Positions 9,021 to 18,574 of a stretch of 46,227 nt of DNA are shown piece after piece; the stretch's first letter is position 1, and each line of letters starts with the position of its first letter. The position numbers and the translations under genes were made by a program. Below the pieces are notes generated by a model that had not been told where the DNA came from, searched no databases, and was given only the letters and a program-made list of their open reading frames with translations. The stretch is taken from assembly GCA_964430285.1 (NCBI GenBank), contig CAYSFY010000001.1, forward strand, positions 29,185 to 75,411. Reading direction: 5' to 3'. This DNA comes from an uncultured Desulfobulbia bacterium (GTDB taxonomy: Bacteria > Desulfobacterota > Desulfobulbia > Desulfobulbales > VMSU01).

Positions 9021-9461
9021 TTATTCCTCTATTATACCACCAGCAGCTTCGATTTTACTCTTTGCTGATTCACTGACACTTGCCAGTTTGATTGTAAATT
9101 TTTTATGTATTTCTCCAGTCCCCAAGAGTTTAATCATAGCATATTTTTTTCCAACTAACCCATTATCTTGCAATATTTTAATATCTATTACTGTACTATC
9201 TTCAAAGATCGCAAGATCTTTCAGGTTAACAATTCCATATTCTTTTTTAAATACGTTTGTGAACCCTCTCTTTGGCAGACGTCGATGTAGTGGCATCTGT
9301 CCACCTTCAAATCCTGGGCTAATACTGCTTCCTGATCTTGCTTTAAATCCTTTGTGCCCACGTCCGGCCTGTTTACCCTGACCTGTACCTTGTCCCCTGC
9401 CAATTCTTTTATTTTGTTTAGTAGCACCGGGATAAGGTGAAAGATTACTAAGATTCAACAT
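9021..9461 (-). CDS. rplO: 50S ribosomal protein L15
   Basis: Gly-rich N-terminus KRIGRGQGTGQGKQAGRGHKG. Synteny. Confidence 0.96.
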   Translation of the reverse strand: MLNLSNLSPYPGATKQNKRIGRGQGTGQGKQAGRGHKGFKARSGSSISPGFEGGQMPLHRRLPKRGFTNVFKKEYGIVNLKDLAIFEDSTVIDIKILQDNGLVGKKYAMIKLLGTGEIHKKFTIKLASVSESAKSKIEAAGGIIEE

Positions 9462-9463
9462 GG

Positions 9464-9643
9464 CTATTTCTCCACTGATATTAGATGCTGAACCTTACGC
9501 ATCATTCCTTGAATTTCAGGTGTATTACTTCGAATTATAGTTTTATTCATCCGTGTAAGACCTAAGCCAATCAATGTTGCTCTGATTTTTTTAGGACTAC
9601 CAATATAGCTTTTTTTTAGAGTTAATTTAACTTGCTCTTCCAT
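9464..9643 (-). CDS. rpmD: 50S ribosomal protein L30
   Basis: Not in the ORF track (59 aa). Manual translation gives MEEQVKLTLKKSYIGSPKKIRATLIGLGLTRMNKTIIRSNTPEIQGMMRKVQHLISVEK*. Confidence 0.93.
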   Translation of the reverse strand: MEEQVKLTLKKSYIGSPKKIRATLIGLGLTRMNKTIIRSNTPEIQGMMRKVQHLISVEK

Positions 9644-9667
9644 TATGATATCCTAATTTATTTTTAA

Positions 9668-10189
9668 TTATTTCGATAATATTTCATTAACGGATTTACC
9701 ACGATTTGCTGCTATTTTTTCTGGAGTTCTCAAATTACGAAGCCCATCAAGTGTTGCCTTAACTAAATTATGTGGATTGTGCGAACCAAGACATTTAGTT
9801 AAAATATCATGAACTCCTGCAGCCTCTAATACAGCTCTTACTGCACCTCCAGCTATTACCCCCGTTCCTGGTGATGCGGGTTTTAACATAACCCGTCCAG
9901 CTCCAAATTTCCCATAAACTTCATGGGGGATACTCGTGTCAGTTATAGAGACATTCTTCATGTCCTTTTTCGCCTGATCAACACCCTTGCGAATTGCATC
10001 AGGTACCTGATTTGCTTTTCCCAATCCATAACCTACCTTACCAGCACCATCGCCAACTACAACAATTGCGCTAAAGCTAAATCTTCGTCCACCTTTGACA
10101 ACTTTTGCAACTCGATTGATAAATACTATTTTTTCAATAAGTTGATCATCTTTTTCACTGGTAATATTAGCCAAGGTATAAACCTCCAA
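9668..10189 (-). CDS. rpsE: 30S ribosomal protein S5
   Basis: [34 protein letters not shown]. The track start 10189 is TTG. The GGAGG inside that codon run sits 8 nt before a second TTG at 10174 (MANITSEK...), which may be the true start. Confidence 0.95.
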   Translation of the reverse strand: MEVYTLANITSEKDDQLIEKIVFINRVAKVVKGGRRFSFSAIVVVGDGAGKVGYGLGKANQVPDAIRKGVDQAKKDMKNVSITDTSIPHEVYGKFGAGRVMLKPASPGTGVIAGGAVRAVLEAAGVHDILTKCLGSHNPHNLVKATLDGLRNLRTPEKIAANRGKSVNEILSK

Positions 10190-10206
10190 ATGTATTCATC
10201 ATTTCA

Positions 10207-10572
10207 CTAAAATACTAAGCCGCCTTCTCTGGCCCCTTCAGACAATGCTTTAACACGTCCATGGTAAATATAACCACCTCGATCAAAAACTACAGTTTCT
10301 ACACCCTTTAATTTTGCTTGTGCTGCTACTAGTAAACCTACCCTGTTGGCTTGTGATAATTTGCCTTTTACATCTGAATCTCTCAGTTCACTAAGAATTG
10401 TAGATGCAGCGCAAATAGTTTCACCTTTTGAGTCATCAATAATTTGAGCATAAATATGCCGACAGCTCTTAAATACTCTTAATCTGGGTCGTTTAGAAGT
10501 TCCCTCTATTTTTTTTCTTATACGTTGTACTCTTTTTTGCCGTGCCTGTAATTTTACGCTCATTTTTGCCAT
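10207..10572 (-). CDS. rplR: 50S ribosomal protein L18
   Basis: 121 aa with [20 protein letters not shown] and a [15 protein letters not shown]-terminus. Confidence 0.96.
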   Translation of the reverse strand: MAKMSVKLQARQKRVQRIRKKIEGTSKRPRLRVFKSCRHIYAQIIDDSKGETICAASTILSELRDSDVKGKLSQANRVGLLVAAQAKLKGVETVVFDRGGYIYHGRVKALSEGAREGGLVF

Positions 10573-10585
10573 TGGAATACCCTAA

Positions 10586-11125
10586 TTATTTCTTGCCAGC
10601 AGACTTTCCGGCCTTTCTGACGATATATTCATTCTCATATCGAATTCCTTTGCCTTTGTAAGGTTCAGGCTTTCGAATATCTCTAATTTTTGCAGCGATC
10701 TGTCCTAATAAATCCTTATCTATAGATTCTAGTACAATTTGATTATTTGCTGTTGTAGCAGAAACCATTGAGGGCAATATAAATTCCACAGGATTGGAGT
10801 AACCAACTGATAAACTAATTTTATTTCCTGCAATATTAACTCGATAGCCTACACCTTCAACAAGCAGGATTTTTTTAAATCCCATCTGTGATCCAATAAT
10901 CATATTATTAATTAGGGATCGAGTCATTCCACGAAAAGCATTAGTTCGCTTGCTTTCATCAAAACCTTTAACAGATAAAATATTTCCCTCTGTTACAAGT
11001 TTAATTTCAGGCAAAATATGATGAGTAAGTGTTCCCTTGTTACCACTTACCTTCACTAAATCTTTAGTGATCTCAAGTTTAACCCCATCGGGTATTTGTA
11101 TAGATTTATTACCAATTCTTGACAT
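10586..11125 (-). CDS. rplF: 50S ribosomal protein L6
   Basis: MSRIGNKSIQIPDGVKLE... and the PEPYKGKGIRY motif. Confidence 0.96.
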   Translation of the reverse strand: MSRIGNKSIQIPDGVKLEITKDLVKVSGNKGTLTHHILPEIKLVTEGNILSVKGFDESKRTNAFRGMTRSLINNMIIGSQMGFKKILLVEGVGYRVNIAGNKISLSVGYSNPVEFILPSMVSATTANNQIVLESIDKDLLGQIAAKIRDIRKPEPYKGKGIRYENEYIVRKAGKSAGKK

Positions 11126-11163
11126 TGGTCATCTCCAAACAGTACTATTTAATTGAACACAAC

Positions 11164-11565
11164 TCACCAAACTTCACAAATTATCTCACCACCGACAATA
11201 TTTTTTCTTGCCTCATGATCAGTAATGACACCTACAGATGTAGATATAATAGATATTCCCAATCCACTCAAAACTTTTGGTATCTCATTATGTCTTGCAT
11301 AAATTCGTCTACCTGGTTTACTAATCCTCTTAATCCCAGTGATGACTTTTCCTGAATGCAGATTATTTTTTAAAACAATCCTCAGTGTATCTTGTGCTGT
11401 TTTTTCGTCAATTTTTGTAAAATCTTCTATGTAGCCCTCCTGCTTTAATATCCTGGCTACTTCAGACTTAATCTTTGAATGTGGCATATCTACACTGCCA
11501 AGATTTACCATAACTGCATTTCTAATCCTGGTTAGCATATCTGCCAGGGGATCACTCATCGACAT
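11164..11565 (-). CDS. rpsH: 30S ribosomal protein S8
   Basis: MSMSDPLADMLTRIRNA... is the canonical S8 start. Confidence 0.97.
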   Translation of the reverse strand: MSMSDPLADMLTRIRNAVMVNLGSVDMPHSKIKSEVARILKQEGYIEDFTKIDEKTAQDTLRIVLKNNLHSGKVITGIKRISKPGRRIYARHNEIPKVLSGLGISIISTSVGVITDHEARKNIVGGEIICEVW

Positions 11566-11647
11566 TGAAAACTCCTTCTATTTCTTATGTGTAATTCTTC
11601 AACTTTATCAAATACTCTTTATTACAAATATACATTATACAATCTGT

Positions 11648-11833
11648 TTACCAACTAGATTTAGTAACTCCTGTTACCTCACCACGATTTGCCATACTTC
11701 TGAAGCATATTCGACATATGTCAAATTTTCTCATATAACCATGAGGTCTTCCACATATCTTACAACGATTATATGCACGGACACCAAACTTAGGTTTTCT
11801 TTGACTTTTTGCAATTAAAGATTTCTTAGCCAC
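11648..11833 (-). CDS. rpsN: 30S ribosomal protein S14, short zinc-binding type Z (61 aa)
   Basis: The track ORF starts at TTG 11845. GAGGA lies 6 nt upstream of GTG 11833, giving [45 protein letters not shown]. Confidence 0.94.
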   Translation of the reverse strand: MAKKSLIAKSQRKPKFGVRAYNRCKICGRPHGYMRKFDICRICFRSMANRGEVTGVTKSSW

Positions 11834-11853
11834 TGTGATCCTCAACCTTCTAA

Positions 11854-12393
11854 TTATTTCCTAAACGGCATCCCTAAGGCTTGAAGCAGGAATCGCCCCT
11901 CTTCATCTGTCTTTGCTGTTGTACCTATGACAATATTAAGTCCTTTAATTTTGTCAATTTTATCATAATCAATCTCAGGGAATATTATTTCCTCTTTTAT
12001 ACCCATTGCGTAATTGCCTCTTCCATCAAATGATTTGGAAGGAATTCCCCTGAAATCTCTTACACGCGGTAAAGCGATATGTATCAATTTAGACAAGAAA
12101 TCATACATTCGATCTTTTCTTATTGTTACACAGCAACCAATTGGCATTCCTTCTCGAAGTTTAAATCCAGCTATCGATTTTTTTGCACGTGTCACAACTG
12201 CTTTCTGTCCACTAATCGATGTAAGTTCAGAAACTGCTCCATCAATTATTTTGGGGTTTTGAACTGCTTCTCCAAGCCCCATATTCAAAACTATTTTATC
12301 CAATTTAGGTACTTCCATTATAGATTTATACCCAAATTCGTTTATGAGTTGTGGTATACACTCATTTATATAAAATTCCTTCAAGCTAGACAT
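11854..12393 (-). CDS. rplE: 50S ribosomal protein L5
   Basis: 179 aa with NPKIIDGAV..., [11 protein letters not shown] and [15 protein letters not shown]. Confidence 0.96.
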   Translation of the reverse strand: MSSLKEFYINECIPQLINEFGYKSIMEVPKLDKIVLNMGLGEAVQNPKIIDGAVSELTSISGQKAVVTRAKKSIAGFKLREGMPIGCCVTIRKDRMYDFLSKLIHIALPRVRDFRGIPSKSFDGRGNYAMGIKEEIIFPEIDYDKIDKIKGLNIVIGTTAKTDEEGRFLLQALGMPFRK

Positions 12394-12421
12394 GCTAATC
12401 TCCTAAACTGTGTGCTAAATA

Positions 12422-12751
12422 TTATTTTGATTCTACAGATTCACCACATTTTTTACATATGCGAATCTTCGAACCATCGTCCAACTTCTTTCTTCCTAAC
12501 ATTACAGTTTTGGCACATTTAGGACAAATTAGTTTCAAGTTAGAAAGATCAATCATGGCTTCTTTATTAATAATACCACCCTGCTGATTTGAAGGATTAG
12601 GTTTCGTATGTCGTTGAACCATATTTACCTTTTCCACAATCGCATTATTCTTTTTTGGATCTATCCGAAGAATTTTCCCAACCCTTCCTTTATCTTTTCC
12701 AGTTAAAACTTCAACTTGATCATCTTTCTTAATTTGATGCGAGTACTGCAT
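12422..12751 (-). CDS. rplX: 50S ribosomal protein L24 (with C-terminal CxxC...CxxC)
   Basis: KOW motif [24 protein letters not shown] 12751 has GAGG 8 nt upstream. The track start 12775 lacks an SD and would add 8 aa. Confidence 0.93.
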   Translation of the reverse strand: MQYSHQIKKDDQVEVLTGKDKGRVGKILRIDPKKNNAIVEKVNMVQRHTKPNPSNQQGGIINKEAMIDLSNLKLICPKCAKTVMLGRKKLDDGSKIRICKKCGESVESK

Positions 12752-12801
12752 ATTCTTTGCCTCATTGATCGTCATGATTGAAATTCAACTCAAGTCTTCT
12801 A

Positions 12802-13170
12802 TTATAAAACTTCAGGGGCTAATGATATAATTTTCATATAACCTTTCGCTCGAAGTTCCCGTGCTACTGGCCCAAAAATTCGTGTTCCAATAGGTTCTCC
12901 ATTGGCAGCTATTAATACTGCAGAATTATCATCAAATCTTACAAAAGTATCTTCAGATCGTCGTATACGAGTTACCGTTCGAACAATCACAGCTTTCATC
13001 ACATCCCCCTTTTTTACTTTAGAGTTAGGGATGGCCTCTCTCACTGAAACGACAATTACATCACCAATATGTGCGTATCGTCGTTTTGATCCGCCAAGAA
13101 CTTTGATACAGAGAACACTTTTAGCCCCTGAATTATCTGCAACCTTTAAAACACTTTCGGTCTGTATCAT
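12802..13170 (-). CDS. rplN: 50S ribosomal protein L14
   Basis: [17 protein letters not shown]... is canonical L14. Confidence 0.97.
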   Translation of the reverse strand: MIQTESVLKVADNSGAKSVLCIKVLGGSKRRYAHIGDVIVVSVREAIPNSKVKKGDVMKAVIVRTVTRIRRSEDTFVRFDDNSAVLIAANGEPIGTRIFGPVARELRAKGYMKIISLAPEVL

Positions 13171-13313
13171 ATCATTACCATGTCATGGCTGACTGATTAA
13201 ATCAGTCAGAACTTAAGTTGATCTAAACGTTAATTAGTTATATCGTTATATATGCTGTATTGTTCATTTATAAGTAAATCTGGTAGTTTTAATTCAACAT
13301 ATTCCAATCAGAT

Positions 13314-13574
13314 TTATGCAGCTTTCTTTACTATATGTCTTAATCTCCACCTTTTATTCTTACTCAGTGGCCTACACTCTTCAATAATAACTTGATCCCC
13401 AACACTACATGTATTTTGTGGATCATCAGCCATATATTTTTTATGACGACGAATCATCTTGCCGTATAATTTATGTGGAACTAGACGAGCTGTTACAATG
13501 ACAATACTATTTGTCATCTTATCGCTTACAACCACACCTTCCAGAATTCTTCTTTGTTTTATAAGTTCAGTCAT
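13314..13574 (-). CDS. rpsQ: 30S ribosomal protein S17
   Basis: 86 aa with LEGVVVSDKMTNSIVI and HDPQNTCSVGDQV... Synteny rpmC-rpsQ. Confidence 0.95.
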   Translation of the reverse strand: MTELIKQRRILEGVVVSDKMTNSIVIVTARLVPHKLYGKMIRRHKKYMADDPQNTCSVGDQVIIEECRPLSKNKRWRLRHIVKKAA

Positions 13575-13622
13575 TGTAATTCCTACGGCAATTTATCATG
13601 TTAAAATTCAACTTTAATAGTA

Positions 13623-13817
13623 TTAAGAGCTTAACGTCTTTTGTCTTATGACGGTCTTAACCCTAGCAATATCCCTTTTAAGCAAGGAAAGTCTAGAAGT
13701 ATCTTCTAGCTGTCGAATTCCATGCTGAAACTTCAGCTTGAATAAATCCTTTTCTATAGAGACAACCTTCATCTCTAATTCAACATCACTTAATTCAGTT
13801 AACTCTGCAATTTTCAT
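13623..13817 (-). CDS. rpmC: 50S ribosomal protein L29
   Basis: 64-aa helical protein. ATGA overlap with the rplP stop. Confidence 0.93.
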   Translation of the reverse strand: MKIAELTELSDVELEMKVVSIEKDLFKLKFQHGIRQLEDTSRLSLLKRDIARVKTVIRQKTLSS

Positions 13818-14230
13818 AATGTTGTGTCCTTACTTATAATCTTTGTATCGAAAGGAAATTTATGCCGAGCTAAAGATAATGCCTCAAGAGCCATTTCAGG
13901 TTCGATACCTTGTATTTCATAAAGTATTTTCCCTGGTTTTATAACTGCTACCCATCCCTCTGGTGCACCTTTACCTCCACCCATTCTGGTTTCGGCAGGT
14001 TTTTTTGTAAAGGGTTTATTTGGGAAAATTCTTACCCACATCTTCCCCCCACGTTTAATTTTTCTGTTAATTGCTACGCGTCCTGCTTCTATCATTTGAG
14101 CAGTAAGTCGTCCACACTCGGTAGCTTTCAAGGCATACTCTCCAAATTCTATTGTAGAACCTCTTTGAGCTTCCCCTGTCATCCTTCCTTTAAACTGTTT
14201 ACGATGTTTTACTTTCTTAGGACTTAGCAT
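13814..14230 (-). CDS. rplP: 50S ribosomal protein L16
   Basis: [17 protein letters not shown]... and [15 protein letters not shown]. Confidence 0.97.
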   Translation of the reverse strand: MLSPKKVKHRKQFKGRMTGEAQRGSTIEFGEYALKATECGRLTAQMIEAGRVAINRKIKRGGKMWVRIFPNKPFTKKPAETRMGGGKGAPEGWVAVIKPGKILYEIQGIEPEMALEALSLARHKFPFDTKIISKDTTL

Positions 14231-14247
14231 TTTCTTATCCTATATTC

Positions 14248-14892
14248 TTAAATTACATTTTCAGCGTCGGAAAGAACTTCACCTTTGAATATCCAAACCT
14301 TAACACCAATAACACCAAAAGTAGTCTTTGATTCTGCTAAACCATAATCAATATTTGCCCTTAATGTATGCAGTGGTACACGTCCCTCTCGGTACCACTC
14401 ATTTCTCGCAATTTCGGCACCACCCAAACGACCAGAGCATGATATTTTAATCCCTTTTGCGCCAAACTTCAAGGCCATATTTACTGCCTTTTTCATAGCG
14501 CGACGAAAGGCAACTCTTCTTTCTAATTGTGTGGCGACATTCTCAGCAACAAGTTGTGCGTCTGCTTCAGGTCGTCTTACCTCTTGAATATCAAGCACAC
14601 ATGAGCGTTTAGTTAATTTCTCAAGTTCAGCCTTCAACACCTCAATTTCAGCTCCCTTCTTGCCAATTACAATACCTGGGCGTGCTGTAAAAAGTTTTAT
14701 CCTTATCTTATCACCTGTACGAGCTATTTGGACCCGTGACAATCCTGCATGATAAAGACGTTTTTTTAGGAATTTCCTTAAGGTATGATCTTCCAACAAA
14801 AACTTTGAGTAATCTTTGCTAGCATACCATGTTGACTCCCAAGTCCGGATAATATTAAGGCGTAAACCGATTGGATTAACTTTCTGGCCCAA
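14248..14892 (-). CDS. rpsC: 30S ribosomal protein S3
   Basis: [12 protein letters not shown]... plus a KH domain. TTG start at 14892 preceded by GGAGGAAGG. Confidence 0.97.
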   Translation of the reverse strand: MGQKVNPIGLRLNIIRTWESTWYASKDYSKFLLEDHTLRKFLKKRLYHAGLSRVQIARTGDKIRIKLFTARPGIVIGKKGAEIEVLKAELEKLTKRSCVLDIQEVRRPEADAQLVAENVATQLERRVAFRRAMKKAVNMALKFGAKGIKISCSGRLGGAEIARNEWYREGRVPLHTLRANIDYGLAESKTTFGVIGVKVWIFKGEVLSDAENVI

Positions 14893-14937
14893 GACCTTCC
14901 TCCATCATTATTAAATTATTTTATAGTAATATTATGA

Positions 14938-15270
14938 TTATTGTTCATCAACTACTATTGTAATGTGACTAGAACGTTTTAGAATACGATTCGCTCGGCC
15001 CATCGCCCTTGGCATAATTCTTTTCAGCATTGGACCACCATCAACAAAAATCGTTTTTACATATAACGTATCAACGTCTATTGCTTCATTCTGCCTGGCA
15101 TTTGCAACTGCTGACTCTAAAACCTTACGAATGATTGCTGCACCTTTCTGCGGCATAAACTTCAGGCTATTAATCGCAGATTCTACATGAGTCCCCCGGA
15201 CCAAATTTGCTATCAATCTGGCCTTTTGCGGAGATATACGACAGTATCTCAAAACTGCTTTCGCTTCCAT
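14938..15270 (-). CDS. rplV: 50S ribosomal protein L22
   Basis: 110 aa with [16 protein letters not shown]. Confidence 0.96.
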   Translation of the reverse strand: MEAKAVLRYCRISPQKARLIANLVRGTHVESAINSLKFMPQKGAAIIRKVLESAVANARQNEAIDVDTLYVKTIFVDGGPMLKRIMPRAMGRANRILKRSSHITIVVDEQ

Positions 15271-15376
15271 CTATTCCTTGCTCCTTATCTAGCCTATTTC
15301 TTGCTAATACGGGATAATTTAATTAATAACCTCGAGTACAATTAAATTTTTGTACTGCACTACGAGGATTCTTGCT

Positions 15377-15652
15377 TTATTTTTTTCCTTTCTTACCACC
15401 AGCATGTCCAAAAAAAGTTCTGGTTGGGGAGTATTCACCCAATTTCCCACCCACCATGTTTTCAGAAACAAATACGGGAATAAACTTTTTCCCATTATGA
15501 ACTGCAAATGTCAGTCCTATCATGTCAGGTATTATATCTGATCGTCTCGACCAAGTCTTGATCACTTTACGAGAATTTGTCTCCTTTGCCTTAATTACTT
15601 TCTCGTAGAGATGGTCGTCAACAAAGGGTCCCTTTTTTATTGATCGTGCCAT
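15377..15652 (-). CDS. rpsS: 30S ribosomal protein S19
   Basis: [15 protein letters not shown]... and [15 protein letters not shown]. Confidence 0.97.
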   Translation of the reverse strand: MARSIKKGPFVDDHLYEKVIKAKETNSRKVIKTWSRRSDIIPDMIGLTFAVHNGKKFIPVFVSENMVGGKLGEYSPTRTFFGHAGGKKGKK

Positions 15653-15667
15653 ATTGTATCCCTCCTG

Positions 15668-16489
15668 TTATGACCTTTTAGTTACAATAAACTTATCTGA
15701 TGCCTTTTTCTTTCTTGTTTTAAAACCTTTTGAAGGGATCCCCCATGGTGAACAAGGATGACGTCCACCGGAACTTTTTCCTTCTCCACCCCCCATAGGA
15801 TGATCGTGAGGATTCATTGCAACTCCGCGCACCTTAGGTCGATTTCCTTTCCAACGGTTTCTTCCAGCCTTACCCAGCTTCTGAGACTCAAATTCTATGT
15901 TGCCTAATTGACCAAAACATGCGCGGCAAAGTTTATGAAATTTTCTGACTTCACCTGAAGGTAATTTAATTAAAACATAATCACCTTCTTTAGCCATTAA
16001 TTGAGCTGACACACCAGCACTTCGTACCAATTGAGCACCTTTGCCAATTTTCATTTCTACATTGTGAATGATACTACCTAATGGCATATTTCCCATGGGC
16101 ATGCAGTTGCCAATTTTCACATCAACTTCATCTCCAGCAACCACACTATCACCAATCTTAATTCCAAGCGGAGCTAAAATATAACTTTTTTCTCCATCAC
16201 TATAGGTAATTAATGCAATATTTGCAGAACGATTCGGATCGTACTCCAATGTGGAAACCTTACCAATTATATTTTGTTTTTCACGCTTAAAATCAATAAT
16301 TCGGTATTTTCTTTTATGACCACCACCAATATGTCGTGATGTAATGCGGCCATTATTATTGCGTCCACCAGATTTTGATAATGGAGCTATTAAATTTTTC
16401 TGCGGTCCTGATTTTGACAGTTCAGGTGAGACGATCAGGGCAATATTTCGTCTCCCTGGCGAAGTCGGTTTATAGGTTTTTATTGCCAT
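15668..16489 (-). CDS. rplB: 50S ribosomal protein L2
   Basis: 273 aa with [14 protein letters not shown] and [16 protein letters not shown]. Confidence 0.98.
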   Translation of the reverse strand: MAIKTYKPTSPGRRNIALIVSPELSKSGPQKNLIAPLSKSGGRNNNGRITSRHIGGGHKRKYRIIDFKREKQNIIGKVSTLEYDPNRSANIALITYSDGEKSYILAPLGIKIGDSVVAGDEVDVKIGNCMPMGNMPLGSIIHNVEMKIGKGAQLVRSAGVSAQLMAKEGDYVLIKLPSGEVRKFHKLCRACFGQLGNIEFESQKLGKAGRNRWKGNRPKVRGVAMNPHDHPMGGGEGKSSGGRHPCSPWGIPSKGFKTRKKKASDKFIVTKRS

Positions 16490-16550
16490 TGCAAACCCCG
16501 ATTTTCAAATTTTCATTAATGAAATGAGAAGAAGTAATTAAGTAATAAAT

Positions 16551-16841
16551 TTATAACTGATCAAGGAAATCTAATTTTTGTCCTTCCTTAAGACTAATTA
16601 CAGCCTTTTTCCAATCGTTAGTTATTCCTGAGTGCTTACCAACTCTTTTACTCTTCCCATGCATATTAGCAGTTCTGACTTTTGTAATTTTCAAATTAAA
16701 GAGCTGTTCTGCTGCATCTTTAATTTCAATTTTGTTTGCTCTTGGATCTACTTTCAAAACAACTTGATTTTCATGTTCCTGAAGTAACATTGCTTTTTCA
16801 GTTAAGCAAGGTTTCTTTATAATATCAAATACATTTTTCAT
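16551..16841 (-). CDS. rplW: 50S ribosomal protein L23
   Basis: 96 aa with KPCLTEKAM and KKAVISL. One-nucleotide overlap with the rplD stop. Confidence 0.94.
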   Translation of the reverse strand: MKNVFDIIKKPCLTEKAMLLQEHENQVVLKVDPRANKIEIKDAAEQLFNLKITKVRTANMHGKSKRVGKHSGITNDWKKAVISLKEGQKLDFLDQL

Positions 16842-17461
16842 TATAATAACCTCTTTTCCAATTGATCGATACTATTTTGAAGCAAAATAATATATTTATA
16901 ATGGAGAACATCATATACATTAAGACCAACTGTTGGAATTACTTTAAATCCATATACATTTTGAGATGATTTTTCTAGTGATTCAATATGCTCAGGAATT
17001 ACAATCAATGCATTTTGTACGTCAAGATTTCGCATAACAGCTACAAAATTCTTGGTTTTAATCTCATCCATGATAAAATTATCAAGGACCTTGAAATTAT
17101 TTTCGGCAACACGAGCACTTAGTGCCATCCGTAATCCTAATCGTCGAGTTTTTTTGGATAATTTAAAGGAATAATCTTTTGGTTTTGGTCCATGACTTAC
17201 ACCACCACCACGCCAAAGAGGAGATCTTTTGCTACCAGAACGGGCTCTACCAGTTCCCTTCTGCTTGAATGGCTTAGCGGAACTTCCATGAACTTCTACT
17301 CTGGTCTTCGTACAAGCAGTTCCAGCTCTCCTTCCTGCTAACTGCATTCGAACAACACTGTGCAACAAATGTTGATCAACAGAAATACCAAACAAAGCGT
17401 CATTAAGATCAACTTCTCCAACTTTTTCATTCTTAATATTAAATAAATCTGTAACTGGCAT
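16841..17461 (-). CDS. rplD: 50S ribosomal protein L4
   Basis: 206 aa with KPFKQKGTGRARSGSKRSPLWRGGGVSHGPKP. Confidence 0.96.
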   Translation of the reverse strand: MPVTDLFNIKNEKVGEVDLNDALFGISVDQHLLHSVVRMQLAGRRAGTACTKTRVEVHGSSAKPFKQKGTGRARSGSKRSPLWRGGGVSHGPKPKDYSFKLSKKTRRLGLRMALSARVAENNFKVLDNFIMDEIKTKNFVAVMRNLDVQNALIVIPEHIESLEKSSQNVYGFKVIPTVGLNVYDVLHYKYIILLQNSIDQLEKRLL

Positions 17462-17579
17462 TTTTTTTATACCTCAAATAAAGGTAACTCATTCGAATTC
17501 GAATTCGAGTCATATGAAAGCATACTATTTTCTAAGCATATATAATGCTCATTTTATCCTAAGGAGACTTGTTTACAAT

Positions 17580-18209
17580 TTATTTAGTGTAAATCTCAAG
17601 CAATCCCTGCTTAGCTCCGGGTAATGATCCCTTAACAAGCATCACATTTTCTTCAGCACGTATATCAAATATTGTGACATTTTTTTTGTTCACTCTTTGT
17701 GTCCCCATATGACCCGGCATTTTTTTTCCCTTCACCACTCGACTTGGCCAAGCAGAACACCCAATAGAACCTGGAGCACGATGAAACATTGAACCATGTG
17801 TGTCTCCACCACCTTTAAAGCCATGTCTTTTTATGACGCCCTGAAAGCCTTTTCCTTTGCTGACTCCGGTAACGTCAATCAAATCACCAATTTTAAAGAT
17901 GTCATAGAGACTCAAGACTTGACCAACAGTGTAAGACTCAGGATTACTAACATTAAATTCTTTTAAATGATAAAAACCACCTTTGTTTGCCGCTTTGCAT
18001 TGACCAAAGTCAGGCTTTGTCATTCGTTTTTCTTGCTTAGAGCAGAACCCTAGTTTTAAGGCATTGTATCCATCTTTTTCCAACGTTTTAATTTGAAGTA
18101 TAACACAGGGCCCAATTTCTACCGCTGTTACTCCTATGGCCTGACCGATTTCATTATAGACCCTGGTCATTCCAACCTTTTTTCCCAAAAGACCTATTGT
18201 TTTTGGCAT
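17580..18209 (-). CDS. rplC: 50S ribosomal protein L3
   Basis: The track ORF (to 18293) overlaps the rpsJ 3' end. The canonical start MPKTIGLLGKKVGMTRVY is ATG 18209. Confidence 0.95.
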   Translation of the reverse strand: MPKTIGLLGKKVGMTRVYNEIGQAIGVTAVEIGPCVILQIKTLEKDGYNALKLGFCSKQEKRMTKPDFGQCKAANKGGFYHLKEFNVSNPESYTVGQVLSLYDIFKIGDLIDVTGVSKGKGFQGVIKRHGFKGGGDTHGSMFHRAPGSIGCSAWPSRVVKGKKMPGHMGTQRVNKKNVTIFDIRAEENVMLVKGSLPGAKQGLLEIYTK

Positions 18210-18252
18210 TGTACCAACCCACTTTAAATTAAATGTATAATAAAATATTCGT

Positions 18253-18564
18253 TTAAAGCTTAATTTCGACATCAACTCCTGCTGAAAGCTCAAGTTTCAT
18301 TAGAGCATCAATAGTTTGTTGTGTTGGTTCAAGAATATCAAGCAAACGTTTATGCGTCCTCATTTCAAACTGTTCTCGTGATTTTTTATCAACATGAACA
18401 GATCGGTTAACGCAATATTTGTTAATAATTGTTGGTAAAGGAATAGGCCCTGCTACCATCGATCCTGTACTTTTGGCAGTATCTACTATCTCTTGTGTCG
18501 ACTGATCTAGCAATTTGTGATCATACCCCCTAAGCCTTATTCGTATCTTTTGTGTTTGAACCAT
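18253..18564 (-). CDS. rpsJ: 30S ribosomal protein S10
   Basis: [22 protein letters not shown]... ATG 18564 is preceded by AAGGTGA, which overlaps the tuf stop. Only about 10 nt separate the tuf stop from the rpsJ start. Confidence 0.96.
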   Translation of the reverse strand: MVQTQKIRIRLRGYDHKLLDQSTQEIVDTAKSTGSMVAGPIPLPTIINKYCVNRSVHVDKKSREQFEMRTHKRLLDILEPTQQTIDALMKLELSAGVDVEIKL

Positions 18565-18574
18565 TTTTTTCACC

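Noticed and set aside
17492-17509. Tandem EcoRI sites as a cloning or vector artefact
   Set aside because: The repeat is embedded in otherwise native AT-rich spacer between two intact syntenic genes. No vector-like sequence flanks it, and a short palindromic microsatellite is a simpler explanation.
18210-18293. N-terminal extension of L3 ([11 protein letters not shown]...), with similar extensions on S11 (6068-6094), S7 (22472-22489), NusG (34716-34730), L1 (33655-33663) and S14 (11834-11845)
   Set aside because: The extensions overlap upstream genes or lack an SD. Canonical N-termini with well-spaced SD sequences start further downstream.
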